Shown here piece by piece: positions 1 through 11,169 of a DNA stretch of 64,000 nucleotides. Numbering within the stretch: the stretch's first letter is position 1; each line of letters opens with the position of its first letter. The position numbers and the translations under genes are program-made. Location: NCBI RefSeq assembly GCF_006345805.1, contig NW_021833039.1, forward strand, positions 22,458 to 86,457, read 5' to 3'. The notes below the pieces were generated by a model. That model had not been told where the DNA came from. It saw only the letters and a program-made list of their open reading frames with translations, and made no database searches. This DNA is from Octopus sinensis. Taxonomy: Eukaryota.

Positions 1-69
1 ATTGTGAGTTCATCATTGTTAATATTCTCGCTGTCGTTTTCATCAAGGATATTCTTAATACGTGAGATT

Positions 70-662
70 TTTGGACCTCATCATGAATGTCGAGGACATT
101 AACGTTGTTCATTTTAATCAAATGCAGAAAATAATTTTTTGATTTTTTGGCGGGAAGGTTTTAAGGACCTCATCATGTAAGTCGAGGACATCGTAGTTGT
201 TCATTTTAACCAAAATGCAGAAATTTTTTTTTGGGGGGAAGGTTTTAAGGACTTCATCATGTAAGTCGAGGACATCGTAGTTGTTCATTTTAACCAAAAT
301 GCAGAAAATTTTTTTTTAATTTTTTTTTGGGGGGGAAGGTTTTAAGGACTTCATCATGTAAGTCGAGGACATTGTAGTTGTTCATTTTAACCAAAATGCA
401 GAAAATTTTTTTTTATTTTTTTTGGGGGGGAAGGTTTTAAGGACTTTATCATGTAAGTCGAGGACATTGTAGTTGTTCATTTTAACCAAAATGCAGAAAA
501 TTTTTTTTTAATTTTTTTTTGGGGGGGAAGGTTTTAAGGACTTCATCATGTAAGTCGAGGACATTGTAGTTGTTCATTTTAACCAAAATGCAGAAAATTT
601 TTTTTTATTTTTTTTGGGGGGGAAGGTTTTAAGGACCTCATCATGTAAGTCGAGGACATCGT
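70..662. repeat. Minisatellite, 7 copies of an 84-97 bp unit
   Basis: Anchor GTCGAGGACAT recurs at 89, 181, 265, 362, 457, 554, 649; unit length differs mainly in the poly-T/poly-G tract. Confidence 0.95.
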
Positions 663-689
663 ATTGCCAATTTGAAGTTGGTGTGCACA

Positions 690-716
690 CACAGACAGAC
701 AGACAGACAGACAGAC
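690..716. repeat. (CAGA)n microsatellite
   Basis: acagacagacag... run read directly. Confidence 0.9.
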
Positions 717-844
717 ACACACCATACCATTTTATTATTAAGATAATAAAATTTAATATAATAAATTCTAATACAATTCTAATTTTGTTAATTTCAATCA
801 AACATGTTAATTTCCTCTGTCCTTCAATTGCTGGAAATAAGAAG

Positions 845-1097
845 TAATAGATGGGGCTTATTCGGTCAAGAATGGACAGGAAAACTCCTGCAAATCTCTC
901 AATGGAACACTACTACGCCCCCATCCGGGAACAAACTTCCGAGGAAGACCACGAATCACTCTACCAACCCTCCAGGACCTAACTTTGATTGGAAAAGGGC
1001 TGAAATCAGCAGACGATCTTGAGCACCTGAGGGAACTATCGAGAAACAGAGGGAAGCGATTAACAAAACGCATCCAGGAGAGGGTGGCACAAGCGAG
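845..1097 (+). mobile_element. RTE-like non-LTR retrotransposon 3' fragment inside the Helitron
   Basis: Translation ...FRGRPRITLPTLQDL...[14 protein letters not shown]...[10 protein letters not shown] resembles the GRPR-containing C-terminus of RTE ORFs. Confidence 0.5.
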
Positions 1098-1124
1098 ATA
1101 ACTTTACTAAAGTTATTTTGCGGT

Positions 1125-1625
1125 GTGCTTATTAATAATACAATTGCTGGATTCAACCGGATTGAATTTTCAAACTCCTTAGATCCCTATGGAATGCCGA
1201 ATCATCTTTTAAAGTTAAAGATAGGCGTTCCAGTGGTTTTATTACGAAATCTTGCGCCACCTAAATTATGCAATGGAACGAGGTTAGTTATCAAAAATTT
1301 GATGGCTAACGTAATAGAGGCGACGATATTAACAGGTAAGTATAGAGGTGAGGATGTTTATATTCCACGAATTCCGATAATTTCTGATGAATTACCATTT
1401 AGATTTAAAAGGCTGCAATTTCCTTTAAGGATGAGTTTTGCAATGACAATAAACAAGGCCCAGGGACAGTCATTAAAGGTAGTTGGGTTATTTTTAGAGA
1501 GTGAGTGCTTTTCACATGGACAGCTGTATGTGGGATGCTCGAGGGTAGGCAGAAGAGAAAATTTATTCATATATGCCAAGGAAGGACGGACGACAAACAT
1601 CGTTTATCAACAGGCGATAGAATAG
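1125..1625 (+). pseudogene. Helitron RepHel helicase (PIF1-like) C-terminal fragment
   Basis: [57 protein letters not shown] helicase motifs; no Rep domain upstream. Confidence 0.9.
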
Positions 1626-2017
1626 GGTTAAATAAACCAGTAGTTTTATACATCTACATAACTTATAGTTGTTTGATGAAACAGGCCCTCCGCAGGAGCT
1701 AGGTCGCGGTGAGCGAAGCGAGCTGCCGAGCTAGTATTCTATTAAAAATTTAAAAGTGTAAATAAAATATTTACTAGTTTCTGTTTGTGATAATGTGGAA
1801 ATTTGATGAGAAAGATTTGAATACAGCATTCGTAAAGAATTATTTTCTGGAACTTGAATTTGAACGTGATCGGTGTGAGTATTGCCACAGGATGTTGCGG
1901 AAAAAATCTGCAAGTACATATGTACTTGATGGACAGGTGCGTGGTCATATAAAATGTCTGGCCATCGTATTTGGAGATGACTGTTTTGAAAAGTTTGAAT
2001 CGATTAGTAGTGTGTAT

Positions 2018-2891
2018 TATGTCGCGAGCGCAGCGCGCGACCGAGCGCTAGACGCGACTTTGACAGCTAACAAGCCTGTCATCAACAAATAAGACGAGGC
2101 GATATGCCATCAAATTGGCAAATGGACTCCAGTTGGACCAACCCATCCCTCAAGTGATGGAAGACGCGACGGAAACGGTTGGAAGTGTTCTTGAGAGAGC
2201 CTTTTCTTCTCGAATTAAATTTTAAAAAAAAAAAAAAAAAAAGAGGGAAACAACGAAGAAGAGGCATACGTTGTCTCATTAACTTTCTCCCTCTTTTTTC
2301 GGCTTTTCCGTTAATAAAAATTCATTCATTCATTCATTCATTCATCAACAAATATATTTATTAAATTATTTAAAATTTTAACATGATTTAAAATTAAAAT
2401 TGAAATAACTTAAGTTTTCCATTGAATCCCATAAAATAATTTATAAGTAGACCTTAATAGAAAAAGTAAAATCAATGAATACTGAACGCTAATTGGTTTA
2501 GGTTGTGAGGGGGGTAATAATTTAACAGATCTCATTGCTATTTTTTCGTTTTAATCTCTAAAATTAGGTCTTCTAATCAAAATGAACTGTGCAGACAGGC
2601 TTGCTCCTTCAGAAGATTCTTGTTTTGACATTTTAATAAATTATGAAGCATTTAGATTTTTTTCTCATTATTCTAAAATATCCATTATAAATTTTAAAAT
2701 ATTATTTTTATTTATGAAATCGGTTTTAAAGCTCATTCTGCTTTGGCATCGATTTTAAATTTTGTTATCGAATATATTTAAACCCAAATACCAGCCTGGG
2801 TATTTGTCAATTTATAGATTTGTTGATTGGTCGGATCTAGAAATTGAGTGGTCGCTCGCTGCGCTCGGTCGCTCGCTGCGCTCGCGACATA
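2018..2891. mobile_element. Non-coding element bounded by ~31-bp inverted repeats (MITE-like)
   Basis: TATGTCGCGAGCGCAGCG(c/a)GCGACCGAGCGC at 2018 and its reverse complement ending at 2891; the outermost TA at each end may be the target duplication; contains a poly-A-tailed fragment (about 2090-2242). Confidence 0.55.
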
Positions 2892-3849
2892 TTATAATGA
2901 TTAATAATCGTTTGTGTTTCCTTATTTATTAGTTATTTTAAAGCATTTTTGGGGTGGCCTTGCGAGTCATGCGGAAGTGTGGAAGGAAATTGTTTTAAGG
3001 AATAAAAATCTTGTTTATTCACTTGAACTGGACCAAAAACGGATTTGATTATCCACCCACTTCATTTCTCACGGGTGAGTCATTAAAAACCACTTTCATC
3101 AAAAATCTCGATCTCTTCTTTAAAATGCTATTTTAAAACTATATTTCACGCGAAAATCGTTATCAGGTGGAAAAAGAGGGTTGGGTTGGGATAAACAAGA
3201 ATCATCGTGCCCACAATCTTCCATTGGGAAACAACCAAATCTCCTTCTCTGATATTAACATCTGAAGTACTTGTGATGCTAACACGACATTCTTTTAGGG
3301 GGTTATTAGTCTCCACAGGGACATCTTTCAGAGAATTGATTCTATGGACTTATAATATCATTTTTCTCGTCTTAGAGACAGGTACCTATTCAAGTTATAA
3401 ATTGACTAGTATGAATGTTTTTTAATCAAATGAATTTATTATTTTTTGATTTATAATTTGTTTTCTATCTAGATTGACGTCGAGAAAGCGTTCGAATCAA
3501 TCACGACTTTCTGTATCAGGTCCTTAAAAACTTTTCATAGAGAACCTTGTAACGAAGTAGATAATTAAGTTAACCGTGAACTATATTAGAAGATGTTGAA
3601 ACTAAATGCAGTCATTCAAAATAAAACAGTAGGATCAATAGCTACGAAATGTGGGACTACATTTTGTCATTTAATTTGGTCTCCTTGCTGCAATTTACTT
3701 GCAGACTCTTTCCTGAACAAACTACATACAAATTGCCATTTTATCAGACACTTTTCTACTCCGACTTGGGCCCAACCAAATTTGATTAATCTAAAAGATG
3801 AGATGTATTCACCATTGGATATGTCCTGGTCAATCAATATAAATATATA

Positions 3850-5360
3850 CACTCCTCGACAAAAAAATGATTCAAAATTCATATTTAGTTTTTCTTTGAA
3901 AATCTTATAAATATTCTAATTTCAAAAAACTTAGTAGATTAGTTGTAATTATTATTATTTAATTTTAATAAAATATTTGTTAATTACATTAATTTGGAAA
4001 AATTAAAAGCATGACACACAATATGTTAGTATATGTCAGTGACAAAAAAAATGATTCAAAATTAACCCATTCCTAATTAATATCTGGTATGCTTTCCTTT
4101 TGCCGTAAAAATTTCCCAGCATCGTTTTTTAACTGATAGAATAAGTTTTTCAATAAAATGTTTTGGAATATTTTTCCAAATATGGAGAAGTTCCTGCTTT
4201 AGTTCTTTGACATTTTTTACATCGACTTTGCGTAATTCAGCCTTCATATGAGCCCATATGTGCTCAATTGGGTTCAGATCATGTTTTCTTTTTCGAAATA
4301 ATCCATAATTAACTTAGCAGTATGACAAGGTGGATTGTCCTGCTGAAAAATGAAATCGCAAAGTCCCATTTTTGCAACAGATCTCTGTAGCTTGTTGGCT
4401 AAAAGGTTTAAATATTTCGCCGAATTTAATGTCCCGTCAACACAAACTAATTCTCCAACCCCGTTAAAAGAAAAACATCTCCATACCATGAGTTTCCCTA
4501 TTTTTTGTTCTGTAAAATTTCAGACCAAATCAACCTGTTCCAAATTTTACAGTTGTTGAAATATTTTTAGACTTAAATTGTTCACCGCTTTTCCTATAAA
4601 CTATTTTTCTTGTTTTGTTTGGAATCACGTGAAAAACGCATTCATCCGAAAAAATTCTACTTTTCCATTCGTCATAAGATATGGTTAAAAATTTTTTCGT
4701 TATTTTCAATCTTTTTTCAGTGTTTTTTTGTTCAAAAATGGTTTATATTTAGCGACACGCCCAAATATACCATTTTCGTTTAGATTTCTTATAATTGTTC
4801 TTGATGAAATTTTTTTATTTGTTAGTTTCCCGATTTCATTTGAGATCTCTTTCGATGTTTTTGTTGGATTTGCTTCAGAATATTTTATCAATTCTTTTAA
4901 ATCATTTTCATTAAGTATTTTTGGTCGTCCAGATCCTGGTTTTCGATGAATCGTGCCTGTCTTCTTGTATCGTTGGATAAAATTAGACAATGTTGCCTCA
5001 TGTACCCCGACTTTTGAAGAAATTGCCCAAAATGGCATTTTGGTTTCATATAAGGCAATAATTTTTCCTTTCGTGAAGTCATCCATATGATTTTTCCTAA
5101 AATACAGATATTAAAATCTTATAAAGAGATATTTGTTTGGATAATTTTTTTGAATCATTTTTTTTGTCACTGACATATACTAACACATTGTGTGTCGTGC
5201 TTTTAATTTTTCCAAATTAATGTAATTAACAAATATTTTATTAAAATTAAATAATAATAATTACAACTAATCTACTAAGTTTTTTGAAATTAGAATATTT
5301 ATAAGATTTTCAAAGAAAAACTAAATATGAATTTTGAATCATTTTTTTTGTCGAGGAGTG
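3850..5360 (-). mobile_element. Tc1-like DNA transposon with IR/DR ends, defective transposase
   Basis: About 212-bp TIRs starting CACTCCTCGAC, each with a GACAAAAAAATGATTCAAAA direct repeat at both ends; TA on both flanks; HTH (RKPGSGRPK), SDE, QQDN and DLNPIE motifs broken by a frameshift and a deletion before DLNPIE. Confidence 0.95.
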
Positions 5361-5628
5361 TAGTTTGAGGCATCCTGGGTTTCCGATAAGAATTACCTCA
5401 GCCACTTTACACCCAGAGAAAATCATCCCAAGTCGCAAGCTCCCGCTAAACAAAACCTGTAAGGCGGTGATCAACCACGGCGGGGTCTTCTTAAAGATGC
5501 CCATAGGGATTTGATCCAGACCCGCCGCGGTGTTCTTACTTCGGAAGATCGGTGTTCGAATCTCCGCATCGGAAATATCGCCTGCATCGTCCCTTGATAT
5601 GTCCAGCTGGCAGCGCTTGTCTCATGAC

Positions 5629-7200
5629 TAGGGCAATTTAAGTGCTAAAATGCTATTTTTACTTTTTATATTTTTTTAATATAAAATTGAATTTGGAATA
5701 ATTATTTTTTAATTTTGTTAAAAAAACATACATTATAAATGCTATAAATGCTATTTGTAATTTTAAATGCTAATTTTTTTTTAATGCTAATTTAAATTGC
5801 ATTTAAAATTTTTTTAATGCCACCCATATTAAATAAAATAATTTAGCACAGTGATGCCAAAACCCAAGTGTTCGTTGCTTAAGAAAGCCAAGCGTATAGT
5901 CTCAGAATTCAAAGATGAGTTTTGTATTGCTGACCATGGCCTTCTATTTTGTTCTCTTTGTTTATCCAAAGTCAACTGTGCAAAAAAATTTTCTGTCGAT
6001 TCTCATCGTTCTTCTTTAAACATCAGAACAATATGCGTATAAATGTAATACAATTGTAGGTCAATTCATGTGATTCAGTTCAAACAAGATTAACTGAATC
6101 AATCAAAGTAGATTCGGTTAAAGAAACGATCACGGAAGCTTTTGTACAAGCAAACATCCCGCTATACAAATTAAAAAATGATTCGATCAAAAAAATGTTT
6201 AAAACATTTAACATTAACACTCCGTCCGAATTTTCATGCAGAACTACGGTTAAATTTCTTGCACAAAAAAGATAAATGAGTTGACAAAATTATTAACGTA
6301 TTAAAGTTTATTTTTTAACTTTTAGAAACGAAAAGATTTTTATAATAATTGATGAAACAGATATCCGAAGGATGCAAACCACTAGAAAATCATGCCAATG
6401 CTGCTATCATCTGCCAAATAATAGATGACGTCATTAGTGAAATGAAGATTATTCGTGACAATTTTTATCTGTTAATCTCAGATGCCGCTCCTTATATGAT
6501 TTCTGGTGATATAAAAGTATCTAAATAAATAGGCGGTAAAACTTTAATGGTCATGTATAACAACATGCATCATGTGACTTGTGTTTCTCATTTGTTACAC
6601 AATACGGTTTTACGTATAAAGTCTGCATATCCGGAAATAGATGGCTTAATTGCAAGCATTAAAGCTGCCATAGTAAAAAACCGAAGACGTCGTAATTTGT
6701 TTAAGGATGTTGGATACCCACCTTGATGTCGTAATTACTAGGTATACTTTTTCTTAATTTATGCAGATGTGGAAGTTGGTTTAAAGCAGCGAAATATTAT
6801 TTCACGAATTTTGAAAAAATTTGTGAAATTGTTAACGCATTTCAGTCAGATGGAGTTTTAGTATCAAATGCTAAACATCATGTAAATCATCCCGATATTA
6901 AGTTGAAATTAACGGAGATAAAATTTAAATGTTATTTTTATTATTTTGCGCCTGGGGATCATATCGAACACAGAGAGAAGATGCGTAGTCTGATTGGGAA
7001 TGTCGTGATCACCTAATTAATCTTGTTTTCTGGCCTGACGGTGCTCTTGGTTTTTAAATAAATAAATTTTTACTATTTTAAGTTATAGATTTTACAATTT
7101 TAAATGCTAGATTTGATCATTTTAAGTGCTAATTTTTTAAATTATAAATGCTAGATTTAGCGTAAAAATTTTTTTTAAGTGCTAGAAAAAAATTGCCCTA
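5629..7200 (+). mobile_element. hAT DNA transposon (CGGBP1-like zinc finger type), decayed
   Basis: 11-bp TIR TAGGGCAATTT, perfect 8-bp TSD CTCATGAC (5621-5628 and 7201-7208); N-terminal LFCSLC...VDSH finger, then DET and HVTCVSHLLH remnants with stops and frameshifts. Confidence 0.9.
6945..7058 (+). mobile_element. Short 3' tail of the GIT-stop LINE family nested in the hAT
   Basis: EHREKMRSLIGNVVIT* plus about 45-nt UTR and TAAATAAATAAA, matching the 3' ends of the LINEs at 29.1, 34.9 and 55.2 kb. Confidence 0.7.
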
Positions 7201-7849
7201 CTCATGACAGTATCTGCTGGATAGTATCAAAGGACGGTGTATCCACGAACTGACTTCCGTCAGTTTCAGAGATGTCATTGAGGTGGGTTGAAAATATTTC
7301 AGCCACCTCAACCTGGTCCGAGAAGAGGGTTCGATAAGGCGCACTAAATTTGCCTCTGCTGTCCCCGACAGGCTCTTCAGCTGTTTCCAGAAGTCTGGGA
7401 AGCGGGCGTCAACTCGTCTGCAAGCCCGCTTTTCTGATCTTCTGATCTCCCTTTTAAGCCGGCTAATCCAGACACGAAACCAAAAACGGTTTACCTCGTA
7501 AACGTATTTGTCCCGTAGTCTGGACAGCCGGCGCTTGAACCTAATTTTATTTAACATCCGGTACGGGAGCGTGAGATGTGACTGCCCCTGCACTGAGTTC
7601 TGTTTGAAATTATTTCGCATATAATCAGTCAGGGCAGCATTGATCCCATTATCTAGCGCCTCCAACTCACGTATTTTGGCACAGGTATTCCCCACCAGAA
7701 GTGAGGGCAACCTGCTGGCCATGAACCTCTCCAGGTTGGCTCAAGAACCCAATCGGAAATCAAAGTATCTCGGAATCCTTTTAGGAACTGACTCCAGAGT
7801 TCGTGCAATGAAGGCAACTTATCCATGTGACTTTTAAAGAAAATTGAGA

Positions 7850-9297
7850 CAACTCCATGTCAAGACAATTAAAATAATCCTTAATTTTGCTTCATTGAGG
7901 ATTGACAGTTTGTTTGCAAGCAAATTTGTTTATTCACAGATGTCAAAATCAGGCAGCTCTATCTGCAAGATTTATCTTTCCCATTCTCAAATTTCATGGA
8001 TTTTGAAGAACTGGTTATTTTGGATAATTATTCAAATTTATTATTCAAATTATTTTACATGCGGAAATCCTTCCTTCCTTTTTCTTGGAGTTGTTTCTTA
8101 TCTCATCAGTGTTGTTGACATCTACCCTTTTGCCATTATGTCTTCTTTTTCTGTCTTTTTCTTCTCCGATTGCCTTATCAACTCCACAAGCTGATTTGAC
8201 TCCAATTTTCGTTTTTTTCTTGTCTGAAGCTACTGTCGGTTCTGAATGTGAACAATTCCTTTAGGTTTTCCGATTCTTCTCCCAATTTCCAAAAACCACA
8301 ACTAATTTTATTATATTTCTTTGTTTTTTGCCAATATTCATTTTGGTTAACAATATTCCATCGTCTTACAGCTCTCAGAAGTGTGAGATATGAGTTGAGA
8401 AGCAGCTCAACACTACGCAAAGTCGACAAGGAATTGTTTTCATTGATTAAAAATAATGCATTTCATCTAAATTGTAGAAAAGTTGTGTACTTTTCATTGT
8501 TTTCTAATTCTTTAAGATTGATAAAATGGATTATGTATTTTCTGTATGGAACACTTAAGGACATTCACAATAAACGAACAATCTGGCAAATAGACGTCCT
8601 CGAAATTATCGACATTTTAGTATGACAACAGTTTATAAGGTTAGATTTTCTCGAGCCAAGATACAACTTCCGATTCTAGTGCAAGGAATTTTCCGCAAGA
8701 TAGACGACTTTTCCCCCAAAAAATTGGATTAATAGAGGCTATTCCGCTTTTATTTATTTTTAGATCGTTTAGCCATCTTCTGGAAATTTTTTTCTTCAAA
8801 ATTGCTTTTTCTCAAAAGATAACCGAGTACACTTCCGCATGGTGAATAAATGTGGAAATTATTTTATTGTTTTAATTTAAACCATTTTCTCTTACCTTCC
8901 GGGCTTAGCGTGGCGTTACGGGGTCCACCATGTCAGTTGGAAATTCCTTCGGATATGGCAACGCTCAGGAGGCACTTAATGCCTACCGAAAAAGGACTCT
9001 TAGCTTCTCAGACCCTGGGACATCGTCGTCTCAGGCCGATCTTGCGGGAAGGATTGAACCTTTCAGAAGGATCTCCCTCGTTTGGATCGGTGATCACGAG
9101 AATAACTATAATTAACTGGCTTTGCTCGTGTTTGGTCTTTAAATAATAATTTCAAATTAAAAAATTAAAAATAGTGGCGAGTAACTGAAACTGGCGAGTA
9201 ACTGAATTCTTCCTATAAAATTTGATTTTTCGTTAAAAAAGTGGCGACTAACTGAGGTGGCGAGTAAGTGGGGTGGCGACTAACCGGGGTTTGAATG
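7850..9297 (-). mobile_element. pogo/Tigger-like transposon remnant
   Basis: End reads (minus) TA|CATTCAAACCCCGG with five subterminal GGCGA(G/C)TAA repeats (9174-9285); decayed FYNLDE DDE-like motif near 8460; second TIR not found. Confidence 0.5.
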
Positions 9298-10569
9298 TAT
9301 TAATAATTTTAAAAAAAATTATATATTTAATAACATTTACAAATAAAAAATTTTGTTCATTTTTTATATTGTTAAAATTCTATTTAGATATTTTTTTGAT
9401 TCGTTTCTTGGAAATTTTAGGAAAAATGTAGTGTTCGTTTTTTATTTTGGTTTACTGTAATTTACTATAAATTACCAAAATACGAATATATCTTCTGAAT
9501 TTAATTCCTTTAATTTATATCAATCAGTAAATAGCCGACGCTTATTTAAGCACCTATCTAGAGATATCTAGAGACGAGTTTTGTAGAAAACTAAACCTCT
9601 TTCTTGCTGTCGAGCACCAATGTACTTTGGAAAATATTGTTTAATTATTCATTTTACTTTAATTTTATTTTAATAAAAAAATATTTTTTTGCATTAAACT
9701 AAACTTGGATCATCGATAACTTTCAAAAATGATGCCGTTCATGGAAAGAGAGACGACTAATAATTTATAGATAAGATTAACTAAATATTGGTCCTCCCGT
9801 TTTTTTGTCAGATTTTTCAGCGTGTTTTATTGCTCCATTTGCTAATTTAATTATATCTTCTTTTGTGGAATGTTCGCTCGGGTAACTAAATTAATTGTAT
9901 ATGGAAACTTTTTGTGCATGCTTAAATGCCGGGCGAGATCCTGAACCAATCGTAGATATTTTTGTATGACATCTAGCAATCCTTTCACGGTCGATTATTG
10001 AAATAAAATCATTGTCCCGTCAAAACATACAAAAATGACTCGCTAAACATTCAGAAAACTTAAGTTTACAGTATATTTGCATTCCATTTTTATAGATTTC
10101 AAAAACTTGTGAATTCGCAGTTCTATCGTCAGGTGATCCACTCTTGAAGCATCTCTAAATGTTGAAAATATTAATAATTACGTGTACACATTTTTAATGT
10201 GTTCTACAAGATTTTTCGCGCCGTTTACTGATTCACTGTATGTTAATACTGAATTTATTGATAGCTGAAATATTTTTTTTCTGTGTCAAAGCCTATCATT
10301 TGTGATGCAATCTTTTCTAACTCTAATTTGAAACCATTGTAGCTGAACAAGCATTTTTTTGGTTATGCACGGGGGAATAAAACGTTCAGGAAATGATTTC
10401 GAATGTTTAAAGGCTAAAAGGGTCAGATACGATATTAAAGGAACGCTTCCGAAACATGAATTTACCTTCATCGATATACACTCTTATCAAAGTTCTTTCC
10501 TATTAAGTTGAAAAATATTTTTTTAAAAGACTAAAGAAAACTGGTCATTGGTAGATAGCCAGAGTATTG

Positions 10570-10990
10570 CCTTTGACTATGGATATTCGTTCTGTTGAAT
10601 ACCGTTTCAAATTCATGCGTCAAAATTGTGAATTTTATTCGAGGAAGAGCTTTGAATCATAGATTGTTCAAAGCATTATGTATTGATTATGATGCTGACA
10701 CCACTGTTCTTTTGTATCATACTGACTTTAGATGGAATTCAAGAGGTCGTGTTTTAACAAGATTCTCAGAGTTGAAATCAAGCAATTTCTATTTGAAAAA
10801 AACTCTGAACTACTTGATTCTATCAAATCTCCTGATTTTGTTATTTTGGTGGCATATTTGGCTGACAATTTCAATCACCTTAACGAGTTGAATCTTTCAA
10901 TTGAAGGGAAAGGGATAAGCATTATTAATGCTTCTGACAATCTAAATACCTTCAGGAATTGACTTTTGTTATGGACTCTACAATTAGTAA
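10570..10990 (+). pseudogene. Buster/ZBED5/FAM200-type hAT transposase fragment
   Basis: VKIVNFIRGRALNHRLFKALC..LLYHTDFRWNSRGRVLTRF and LAYLAD.F..LNELNLSIEG-like motifs; frameshifted. Confidence 0.8.
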
Positions 10991-11169
10991 AAGAGGACAT
11001 ATTTGCAGTTCAATTAATCTTGAATAAGTTGTATTTTAATGAATAGTTGCTCCGCGTAGGAGACGATGGAAAAAACAATTCTCTTGCTTGTTGGGATCAA
11101 GCGAGGTCCACATGGAACCAGAATTGATCAAAATAATAATACATTGACAAAGTAGAATTGCTTTTAACA

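Larger units (their letters stand above)
1..1734 (+). mobile_element. Helitron (non-autonomous/deleted), 3' end; 5' end not identified, probably beyond the window
   Basis: PIF1-type helicase C-terminus followed about 110 bp later by a GC-rich hairpin (1698-1734, contains GCGAAGC) and terminal CTAG|T at 1731-1735; internal minisatellite. Confidence 0.8.
5363..7840 (-). mobile_element. Degenerate non-LTR retrotransposon (pre-RT region) split by a hAT insertion
   Basis: Upstream part (...FWKQLKSL...) at 7209-7722 continues past the hAT as KNTAAGLDQIP..K..PP.LI..L..LF..SL.LG...KVAEVILIGNPG (5363-5628), typical of the region preceding LINE RT. Confidence 0.7.

Noticed and set aside
70-662. CRISPR-like array
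   Set aside because: Units are whole tandem repeats without unique spacers, in a eukaryotic Helitron context, with no cas genes.
1787-2092. Cys/His-containing 101-aa ORF as a zinc-finger gene
   Set aside because: No ATG start, runs into the inverted-repeat element, family not recognised.
9500-10470. Additional decayed transposase or gene
   Set aside because: All frames are riddled with stops and no diagnostic motif could be assigned.
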